The notes under the pieces are model-generated. The model did not search any database and was not told the origin of the DNA. It saw nothing but the letters and a program-made list of their open reading frames with translations. 64,000 bases of DNA from a virus (lineage: Duplodnaviria; Caudoviricetes). A program made the position numbers and the translations under genes. Location: positions 1-64,000 of IMG/VR virus record IMGVR_UViG_2531839010_000002; one strand, given 5' to 3'. Below are positions 27,538-34,779 of this stretch, piece by piece; within the stretch, counting starts at the first letter, position 1; each line of letters starts with the position of its first letter.

Positions 27538-27565
27538 TGCCAAAAACCATTTTCTATGTTATACT
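27537..27565 (+). promoter_or_regulatory. sigmaA-like promoter of the acyltransferase moron
   Basis: GTGCCA-17 bp-TATACT with extended -10 TG. Confidence 0.5.
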
Positions 27566-27596
27566 TTAGAAAACTTATAGTAGGGGAAAGAAGATT

Positions 27597-28661
27597 ATGA
27601 AAGATAGCAGTGGAGACAAAAGAAAAATTTATTTGGATATTTTAAGGATAATAGCCATTTTTCTCGTCATTTTTAATCATACAGGCACACAAGGCTTTTT
27701 TTTGTTTTCGGTAACCCCGGTCACCGTGGAATATTGGGTCTACTTATCCATGTCTATATTTTGTAAAATAGCAGTGCCATTATTTTTTATGATATCAGGT
27801 GCACTACTTATTGGAAAAGATGACACATTTAGAATTTTGCGTTGGAGAATTTCACGTTTTATTTTAGTGATTTTAGGAGCCTCTTTCTTTTGGTATGTGA
27901 TACTTGTTAGAAATCATATTGAGCCGTTTTCAATATATTCATTTTTTCGCAGGGTGTATTCAAATGACGTGATTGTACCATATTGGTTCTTATACAGCTA
28001 TTTATCTATATTATTGATGCTTCCACTAATAAGAAAAATGGCCCAAAACATGAAAGAAAAGGATTATATGTATTTGATTACCATGTATATCATTTTTTCT
28101 ATGTTAATACCAGTTTTCCAATACTTTGCATTTAATAATACGGTGAATATAAGTATTGAAATTCCGATTATTACTTATATGCCTATTTTTTACTTATGCA
28201 TAGGATACTATCTGGACCATTATTTTGATGAAGCTCGGATAAAAAAGCATAGGGAAATACTGTGGATAGTAGGACTTTTAAGTATTGTAGTGGCATGTTT
28301 TATGGTGCACTATGATTGTATAAATACAGGTATATGCAATGAAAAAAGCTCTCAGATATTTCATTCAACCTTTATCTTAATGCCTGCTATAGGAGTGTTT
28401 TGCGGGGTTAAGTATGCAGCTGGACAGACCAACTTTTCTATATGCCAAAGAAAGTGGATATTATCTCTTAGTCAGTGTGTGTTTGGCATATTTGTGATGG
28501 AACAATACCTTAGGGATAAAATCTTCCCTATTGGTACGAAGATATTTTATTTTCTTCCTCCAATTATAATATGCTGTGTGAATATAATGCTTGTAATAAT
28601 AGTTGGTTTCATGTTAACAAGTATATTGAGGAAAATTCCTATTATACGAAAAGTCATTTGA
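27597..28661 (+). CDS. Acyltransferase family 3 (OafA/WecH-like membrane O-acyltransferase), moron
   Basis: IYLDILRIIAIFLVIFNH...AVPLFFMISGALL...YWFLY motifs; ~10 TM segments; markedly low GC. Confidence 0.9.
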   Translation: MKDSSGDKRKIYLDILRIIAIFLVIFNHTGTQGFFLFSVTPVTVEYWVYLSMSIFCKIAVPLFFMISGALLIGKDDTFRILRWRISRFILVILGASFFWYVILVRNHIEPFSIYSFFRRVYSNDVIVPYWFLYSYLSILLMLPLIRKMAQNMKEKDYMYLITMYIIFSMLIPVFQYFAFNNTVNISIEIPIITYMPIFYLCIGYYLDHYFDEARIKKHREILWIVGLLSIVVACFMVHYDCINTGICNEKSSQIFHSTFILMPAIGVFCGVKYAAGQTNFSICQRKWILSLSQCVFGIFVMEQYLRDKIFPIGTKIFYFLPPIIICCVNIMLVIIVGFMLTSILRKIPIIRKVI

Positions 28662-28679
28662 GAATGGAGCGATAAGATA

Positions 28680-29171
28680 ATGAAAAGAGAATATGTGATT
28701 ACAGTACAGGGGGCACTGGCAGCAGCTGGTGCCTTTTTGAGTGCGAAGTTGGGCTTCCTATATCCGGTTCTTTGCGTTCTGATGGGGACGATGGTGCTGG
28801 ACTACATAACTGGGATGTTGGCCAGTAAAAATGAGGCCATAGACCATCCGGGCGATACCGGCTATGGATGGAGCTCCAGAAAGGGGGCTAAAGGTATTAT
28901 TAAGAAGGTAGGATACCTGTGCGTGATTGCTGCGGCAATGGTGGTTGATTATGTAATTGTATCCGTGTCGGTAGAGCTTGGGATGCAAATATCTGTCAAG
29001 GCATTCTTCGGGCTCTTGGTGGCGGTCTGGTACTTACTCAATGAGTTGTTGTCCATCATTGAGAACGCAGGCCGTATGGGTGCCAATGTGCCGGAATGGC
29101 TACGCAAATATATTGCGGTATTGAAGGATAAGATTGACAATACAGATTATCAGGGAGGCAGCAGGACATAA
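28680..29171 (+). CDS. Phage holin
   Basis: LDYITG...KGIIKK...NELLSIIENAGRMGANVP holin family motifs. Confidence 0.9.
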   Translation: MKREYVITVQGALAAAGAFLSAKLGFLYPVLCVLMGTMVLDYITGMLASKNEAIDHPGDTGYGWSSRKGAKGIIKKVGYLCVIAAAMVVDYVIVSVSVELGMQISVKAFFGLLVAVWYLLNELLSIIENAGRMGANVPEWLRKYIAVLKDKIDNTDYQGGSRT

Positions 29172-29256
29172 AAGGAGGTGGTCCGTATATCTCCCGGCCG
29201 CCAGGGTAATGGCGGTAAACTTATCAACCCCAAAAAAGGAAAGAGAGGTACATATT

Positions 29257-29460
29257 ATGGCAGAATCAACAGGAAAACATGTAGCGCATATTCCGGGAAA
29301 TGGGGGATACCTGGCAGAGGGGCCAGACCTGCAGGAAAAACATCCCACCCCATACCTGTATGATGCACCAACAGACACGCCGCATCCGGGTAAGCACCAG
29401 AGCGGTGTAGGCGGCCCAAGTGACCGTAACAATAATGGCGTAGACGACGAAAAGGAGTAG
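29257..29460 (+). CDS. 67-aa hydrophilic protein between holin and endolysin
   Basis: SD GAGAGG, ATG 29257; MAESTGKHVAHIPGNGGYLAEGPDLQEK... Confidence 0.6.
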   Translation: MAESTGKHVAHIPGNGGYLAEGPDLQEKHPTPYLYDAPTDTPHPGKHQSGVGGPSDRNNNGVDDEKE

Positions 29461-29490
29461 TTGCGATATCGCAACTTGTGACGTCACAAC
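29460..29490. repeat. Two abutting palindromes GTTGCGATATCGCAAC and TTGTGACGTCACAA
   Basis: Read directly; same family as the copies at 13540 and 13933. Confidence 0.9.
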
Positions 29491-29497
29491 TTTTCAT

Positions 29498-29529
29498 GGC
29501 TCAGGGACTATCCTGGGCCTTATTTTTTT
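29498..29529 (+). terminator. Intrinsic terminator-like hairpin before the endolysin gene
   Basis: GGCTCAGG-gactat-CCTGGGCC then TTATTTTTTT. Confidence 0.6.
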
Positions 29530-29546
29530 GATTGGAGGAAAACACT

Positions 29547-30320
29547 ATGAGTAAAACATCAGCAGGATTAATACAGCATTGCAAGGACAAGCTGGGCACC
29601 CCTTACGTCTACGGCGCCAAGGGTGAGATACTGACGCAGGCCAGCCTGGACCGCCTCGCCCGGGAGAACCCAGGCACATACACATCCACCTACAAAGTCA
29701 AGGCGGCTAAGTACATGGGCCAGCGCTGCACGGACTGTTCCGGCCTCATCAGCTGGTACACCGGGCGCATCCGTGGCAGCTACAACTACCATGACACAGC
29801 CGTGGAGCGGGTAGGCATTGACCATCTGGACGAGTCCATGGTCGGCTGGGCGCTCTGGAAGCCGGGCCACATCGGGGTGTACATAGGTGATGGTTGGTGT
29901 ATTGAGGCCAAGGGCATCAACTACGGCACCATCAAGTCCAGAGTGACCGCCACACCCTGGCAGAAGGCCCTCAAGCTCTGCGACATCGACTATACCCCGG
30001 TCCCAGTGACATACACCCAGGGCTTCCAGCCGGCCGCAGATGGTAACCGCTGGTGGTATCAGTTTACAGACGGCAGCTATGCGGCTAACGGCTGGTACTG
30101 GCTCCGGGAGGCCACGGACGGCACCTGTGGTTGGTATCTGTTTGACAGCGAGGGCTACATGCTGACCGGCTACCAGGTGGACCCTGCCGGCGAGGCATTT
30201 TTACTCTGCCCAGTAATAGGCAGTAATGAGGGCAAGTGCATGATTACGGATGCCAGGGGAGCGCTCCGGATTGCAGAAGAATACGACATGGTAAATCGTC
30301 GGTATGTGTTCGAGTGGTGA
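29547..30320 (+). CDS. Endolysin: NlpC/P60-like catalytic domain plus cell-wall-binding repeats
   Basis: LGTPYVYG...DCSGL...GHIGVYIG; GNRWWYQF...GWYWL...GWYLFDSEGYMLTG repeats. Confidence 0.9.
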   Translation: MSKTSAGLIQHCKDKLGTPYVYGAKGEILTQASLDRLARENPGTYTSTYKVKAAKYMGQRCTDCSGLISWYTGRIRGSYNYHDTAVERVGIDHLDESMVGWALWKPGHIGVYIGDGWCIEAKGINYGTIKSRVTATPWQKALKLCDIDYTPVPVTYTQGFQPAADGNRWWYQFTDGSYAANGWYWLREATDGTCGWYLFDSEGYMLTGYQVDPAGEAFLLCPVIGSNEGKCMITDARGALRIAEEYDMVNRRYVFEW

Positions 30321-30505
30321 CACTGATGCCAGATAAGGATGGGGATAACAGAGGAGATGGGTCTAGTCCATAGGACCAGACCCATCCATGTACAAAATAT
30401 TCGGGGGCATAGATGGTGACATCTACGAAAATATTATATCGACTAAATATAGACAAAGTATGAATAGGAAAACTAAAAAGATAACTTAAAAAAATTTTTA
30501 AAATC

Positions 30506-30534
30506 TGCAACTTTTTTGAAATACAATACGTCTA
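30506..30534 (+). promoter_or_regulatory. Possible ECF-sigma promoter (TGCAAC-17 bp-CGTCTA)
   Basis: Resembles the Firmicute ECF consensus TGAAAC/TGCAAC-N16-17-CGTC; upstream of a lipoprotein gene. Confidence 0.5.
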
Positions 30535-30567
30535 ATATTATGAAATTATAAAAAGGAGGATTTGATA

Positions 30568-30963
30568 ATGAAGAAAAGAAATGTATTTGTAGCTACTTGT
30601 GTAACTTTGATGTTGGTTGCGGGATGTTCCGCGCAGAAAGGTGAAGTATCTTCCGCAGCGCCTACACAGATAGTTAGCACTTCGATAGCGGAAAGTACGC
30701 TTGATGTGTCTTCCACTAAAAGCGGTGAAAATAGAATGGCTGAAGAAGAATCCACTCTTACAGGTACTATCAGTGACATTAAGGATTTTATGTTTGTTAT
30801 CACCGATGGGGATGGAGTGGATTATGTTCTTAGCTTTGAAGGAGAAAAACCAGAAGGATTATCTTCTGTCAAAGAAGGAGATACGGTTTCTGTTGTTTAT
30901 ACAGGAAAACTGGAAGAAACAGAAGCATTCACTGGAACTGTGATTTCTGTGACAAAAAAGTAG
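30568..30963 (+). CDS. Lipoprotein moron with a C-terminal OB-fold-like domain
   Basis: Signal peptide with lipobox LVAGC, S/T-rich linker, VKEGDTVSVVYTG. Confidence 0.8.
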   Translation: MKKRNVFVATCVTLMLVAGCSAQKGEVSSAAPTQIVSTSIAESTLDVSSTKSGENRMAEEESTLTGTISDIKDFMFVITDGDGVDYVLSFEGEKPEGLSSVKEGDTVSVVYTGKLEETEAFTGTVISVTKK

Positions 30964-30992
30964 CAGGTTTAATTGTTAACTGGAAAAATTTT

Positions 30993-31018
30993 AAGGCGCC
31001 ATAATGGCGTCTTTTGTT
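30993..31018 (+). terminator. Intrinsic terminator
   Basis: AAGGCGCC-ataat-GGCGTCTT then TTGTT. Confidence 0.6.
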
Positions 31019-31172
31019 ATTAGTAACGAAAAACACCTCAATGTTAATTGAAAATTGAACTGTTGTTCACAGCCACATGCTTACTGAATTTGTCACAAGT
31101 AAAAAATGTATGGAGAAAAATACCGAAAAAAGCGTTTATATATATATATAAACGGTGGGGAGGTATAAAGTT

Positions 31173-31352
31173 ATGATTGAAGGAGCTTATGTACAATATC
31201 AGTCTGCCAAGGCGGCAGAGGACATGTTTTGTGAAATGAGATTGCTTATAAATGATATTATGATGAATCATATTCATTTCATCAGTGACGAGACAGCCGC
31301 TACTGTTTTGGATTTAGCCATCAGGATAGGGGAGGCGGAAGGCGGAGAGTGA
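31173..31352 (+). CDS. Small hypothetical protein at the prophage right end
   Basis: SD GGGGAGG, ATG 31173, 59 aa. Confidence 0.5.
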   Translation: MIEGAYVQYQSAKAAEDMFCEMRLLINDIMMNHIHFISDETAATVLDLAIRIGEAEGGE

Positions 31353-31637
31353 TGGAGGCAGATACCAAATGTTCGGGTGCGCATGTTCTGAAAAAGAGGA
31401 GAGGCTGACAGTTTTCTGCCGGCCTCGTTTATGAGAAAACATGTGCCGGTTGACAATGGGGTTAAAGAAAAGATAGACACATGATTCCAAACATGGAATA
31501 TATCAAACAAATGTGAACAGATTATGAACAAGAAAAAATCATGATGCAGGCGGGTTCCGGAATACCGGGCCCGCCTCATTTGGTAGGCAGTGACTACGAT
31601 TTGCCTACCTTGCACAAGTTTTTCTATAACACGCTTG

Positions 31638-31711
31638 GTTACGCTATAGTACTTCTGGTTTTTCTATTTCTTGAAAATCTCTTATTTTAAAAGATAATAA
31701 GTTACGCTATA
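31638..31711. repeat. 11-bp direct repeat GTTACGCTATA (31638, 31701) next to the att site
   Basis: Exact copies 63 bp apart, the second ending ~40 bp before the att core; possibly recombinase/RDF binding sites. Confidence 0.6.
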
Positions 31712-31748
31712 ATATTGTGTAGCACACATGGTTTTTTGACATCGACTT

Positions 31749-31772
31749 ACGGTGCATGTGGAGACGGTAGTT
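31749..31772 (+). other. att junction in rumA/rlmD-type sequence (ACG GTG CAT GTG GAG ACG GTA GTT)
   Basis: Encodes T-V-H-V-E-T-V-V, the C-terminal motif of 23S rRNA m5U methyltransferases; upstream sequence is not rumA. Confidence 0.75.
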
Positions 31773-32105
31773 CTTTTATCCCACAAAAAAGCCGACAGTT
31801 ATATCCACATTGATGTGGAGTTTGGAGAGGGCGAGGGCAAGATTCCGGTAGATAGTATTGCTAAAAGAGCCGAAGCGTACAAGCCCAAAGAAAAAGTGAC
31901 CTACAAAATGATTAAGGAGTACATAGAAGCGAAATACGGCTTCAAAGTACATACCGCATATATCGCAGAGGTAAAGAGAGATTTAGGCTTGCCGATGTAC
32001 GATGCTCCTAATGCGGTAGAAGAATTGAAACAGCCGAGGAAACATCCGACACCAGAAAAGGTAGAAGCAATCAAAGATGCACTTCGGTATTTTGCAGTGA
32101 TATAA
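31749..32105 (+). pseudogene. rumA: Orphaned 3' fragment of rumA/rlmD with the ICE-supplied C-terminal extension
   Basis: HVETVVLLS...KVTYKMIKEYIEAKYGFKVHTAYIAEVKRDLG...AIKDALRYF, the usual replacement end of rumA-integrating ICEs; no SD or 5' part. Confidence 0.75.
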
Positions 32106-32224
32106 AACTTTACTTACAATCGAATATTTCTTACATAGCCGTTTATTCATTTATTTGAGTAAGCGGCTTTTTTCATCCCTATTTTTCGGAATAGGGATAT
32201 TTTTTGTAGAAGGAGGAGGTTTAT

Positions 32225-33046
32225 TTGAATACACAAATCATTGCCATTGCCAACCAGAAAGGCGGCGTTGGCAAAACAACAACCTGTGCGAACTTGGGAA
32301 TCGGGCTGGCGCAGGCCGGAAAGAAAGTGCTTCTGATCGACGGGGATCCGCAAGGAAGCCTGACAATCAGCTTAGGAAATCCGCAACCAGACAAGCTGCC
32401 ATTTACACTGTCGGATGCAATGGGCAAAATTCTGATGGATCAGCCTATACGCCCCGGAGAAGGTATTCTGAATCATGCAGAAGGCGTTGACCTGTTGCCT
32501 GCGGATATTCAGCTTTCCGGTATGGAGGTTTCTCTGGTAAACGCCATGAGCCGTGAAACGGTTTTACGGCAATATCTGGACACACTAAAGGGACAATATT
32601 CCCATATCCTGATTGACTGTCAGCCCTCGTTGGGGATGCTTACGGTCAATGCGCTGGCGGCTGCGAACAGGATCATCATTCCCGTTCAGGCAGAGTATCT
32701 GCCCGCCAAAGGGCTGGAACAGCTTCTATCTACGGTCAGTAAGGTGAAACGGCAGATCAATCCAAAGCTCCAGATTGACGGTATCCTGCTGACGATGGTG
32801 GATAACCGCACCAACTTTGCAAAAGAGATCTCCGCGCTCCTGCGGGAGACCTATGGCGGCAAAATCAAAGTATTCGGCACAGAGATCCCCCATTCTGTCC
32901 GGGCTAAGGAAATCAGCGCCGAGGGAAAAAGCATTTTTGCCCATGATCCCAGCGGCAAGGTGGCTGAGGGCTACAAAAATCTGACGAAGGAGGTGTTGAA
33001 ACTTGAAAAGCAGCGCGAAAAAAATAGAGCTGGCCTCGGTAGATGA
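32225..33046 (+). CDS. parA: ParA/Soj partition ATPase
   Basis: NQKGGVGKTTT deviant Walker A, LIDGDPQGSL, ILIDCQPSLG. Confidence 0.95.
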   Translation: MNTQIIAIANQKGGVGKTTTCANLGIGLAQAGKKVLLIDGDPQGSLTISLGNPQPDKLPFTLSDAMGKILMDQPIRPGEGILNHAEGVDLLPADIQLSGMEVSLVNAMSRETVLRQYLDTLKGQYSHILIDCQPSLGMLTVNALAAANRIIIPVQAEYLPAKGLEQLLSTVSKVKRQINPKLQIDGILLTMVDNRTNFAKEISALLRETYGGKIKVFGTEIPHSVRAKEISAEGKSIFAHDPSGKVAEGYKNLTKEVLKLEKQREKNRAGLGR

Positions 33047-33932
33047 TCTGTTTTCCACCGAAGAAGGCCGCCAGGATGCAAAGCTGGAAAAGATTCAGGA
33101 AATTCCGCTGTCTGAACTGCATCCCTTTAGGAACCATCCATTCAAAGTCAAGGATGACGAAGCCATGATGGAGACCGCTGACAGTATCAAGCAGTATGGC
33201 GTTCTGGTTCCGGCGATTGCCCGACCAGACCCTGAGGGCGGCTATGAGCTGGTAGCCGGACACAGGCGGCGCAGAGCCAGTGAGCTGGCAGAAAAAGAGA
33301 CCATGCCTGTCATTATTCGGGATTTGGATGATGATGCCGCCACGATCATTATGGTTGACAGCAACTTGCAGCGAGAAAGCCTTCTTCCAAGCGAAAGGGC
33401 TTTTGCCTACAAAATGAAGCTGGAGGCTGTCAAACATCAGGGCGCACGAACCGATTTAACTTCTCGCCAAGTTGGCGAGAAGTCGCAGACCTCTATTCAA
33501 AAGGTTGCAGATCAAGCTGGCGAAAGCCAACGGCAGGTACAGCGTTATATCCGTCTGACAGAGCTGATTCCTGAATTGATGGATATGGTGGATGAAAAGA
33601 AGATTGCCCTGAACCCTGCCTATGAGCTGTCCTTTCTCAAAAAGGAGGAACAGGTAGACCTGCTGGACGCGATGGACAGCGAACAGGCTACCCCTTCCCT
33701 TTCCCAAGCCCAGCGGCTCAAGAAATATAGCCAGGAGGGGCATCTGACCCTCGATATGATGCGTGTCATCATGGGTGAGGAAAAGAAAAGTGATCTGGAC
33801 CGGGTGACATTTACCTCTGACACTTTGCGGAAGTATTTCCCTAAAAGCTATACGCCCCAGCGGATGCAGGAAACCATCATCAAGCTGCTGGAGGCATGGC
33901 AGAAAAAGCGTCAGAGAGACCAGGAACGATGA
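33003..33932 (+). CDS. parB: ParB/RepB/Spo0J family protein
   Basis: YELVAGHRRRRA CTP-binding motif, NLQRESLLPSERA, HTH; TTG start after AGGAGG. Confidence 0.93.
   Translation: MKSSAKKIELASVDDLFSTEEGRQDAKLEKIQEIPLSELHPFRNHPFKVKDDEAMMETADSIKQYGVLVPAIARPDPEGGYELVAGHRRRRASELAEKETMPVIIRDLDDDAATIIMVDSNLQRESLLPSERAFAYKMKLEAVKHQGARTDLTSRQVGEKSQTSIQKVADQAGESQRQVQRYIRLTELIPELMDMVDEKKIALNPAYELSFLKKEEQVDLLDAMDSEQATPSLSQAQRLKKYSQEGHLTLDMMRVIMGEEKKSDLDRVTFTSDTLRKYFPKSYTPQRMQETIIKLLEAWQKKRQRDQER
33459..33483. repeat. Perfect 12-1-12 palindrome ACTTCTCGCCAA-G-TTGGCGAGAAGT inside parB (candidate parS)
   Basis: Arms are exact reverse complements. Confidence 0.8.
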
Positions 33933-33944
33933 AAGGAGCCGCCT

Positions 33945-34214
33945 ATGAGGGATATTTCAGCCCGTGAGCTGAAAGGACACAACATTCTCGCCGTAGAGAG
34001 GTTTTGGGATAACACCCGCTGGATGATCGAGTTTTCCGTCCTGCGTCCCAGCACTGCTTACGGAAGCCCCGGAGATGAAATGCGGCTGTTTTTGACTGAG
34101 GACGGTTATCAGGCCGCCCTGCAAAGCCAGCAGCGCCGGGAGATCAAAATCAAAAGGTACGCCCGTGTAATTGAGGGTCATGTCTTGGATGTAAAGAAAA
34201 AACGGAGAAAATAA
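33945..34214 (+). CDS. ICE hypothetical protein
   Basis: SD AAAGGAG; 89 aa. Confidence 0.75.
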   Translation: MRDISARELKGHNILAVERFWDNTRWMIEFSVLRPSTAYGSPGDEMRLFLTEDGYQAALQSQQRREIKIKRYARVIEGHVLDVKKKRRK

Positions 34215-34215
34215 G

Positions 34216-34719
34216 ATGTTTAGAGAAAAAGAAATTTGCAATGCCATCAGGACGGCGTATCTTTATCTTTTCCCCGACAAAAAGGAGCGGAAAAGGGCGC
34301 TCTCCAGATTGAACATGGAACTTGTGGCGCAGTCTGTCCGCTATCGTGGGGAAAGTGTCCTTGCTTACCAGACCGCGGGAAACCATGAGTGTTCCTTGAA
34401 CTACTATGGGCCAGAGTTGTTTCCACAGCGGGGATTTTGCATTTACCAAAAAACTATCCAGAGTCATTCTACGCAGGTGGATGCTTCTTGCATCCGGGAA
34501 CTATGGCTCTTGGAGGACGGGCGGTTTGTGGATGTCTCCTGCGTGAATACGAAATACCGTTCGGCGTATGAAAGGTTTTCTACCTGTTACCGTACTATCC
34601 ATCATATCGTCAGGGAGCGGGACTGGCAGGACTATCCAGCGGAGGAGGTTGCCGACGCCTTTGAGGACATCAGCCGCTATCCCTTTGATGGGAGACCAGG
34701 AGTTTTCTATGAAGTTTGA
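34216..34719 (+). CDS. ICE hypothetical protein
   Basis: 167 aa, coupled to the previous gene, followed by a terminator-like hairpin at ~34720-34755. Confidence 0.7.
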   Translation: MFREKEICNAIRTAYLYLFPDKKERKRALSRLNMELVAQSVRYRGESVLAYQTAGNHECSLNYYGPELFPQRGFCIYQKTIQSHSTQVDASCIRELWLLEDGRFVDVSCVNTKYRSAYERFSTCYRTIHHIVRERDWQDYPAEEVADAFEDISRYPFDGRPGVFYEV

Positions 34720-34779
34720 GCCGCGTCTTTACTGACAGCGGCTTTTGTTATTTTCTGACCACAGGAAGGAGTGAAGTGA

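Larger units (their letters stand above)
1..31748 (+). mobile_element. Prophage (Siphovirus-type, A118/SPP1-like head-tail module), right part; left end and integrase lie outside the window
   Basis: Co-oriented replication, terminase, portal, capsid, tail, tape measure, holin and endolysin genes, ending at a rumA-type att sequence at 31749. Confidence 0.95.

Noticed and set aside
29178-29363. 61-aa ORF using the AAGGAGG after the holin
   Set aside because: The GTG is part of the SD itself, the product has no recognisable features, and it overlaps the better-supported 29257-29460 ORF
31752-32105. Independent gene starting at GTG 31752
   Set aside because: No SD, and it begins exactly at the rumA att motif, so it is treated as a displaced 3' fragment
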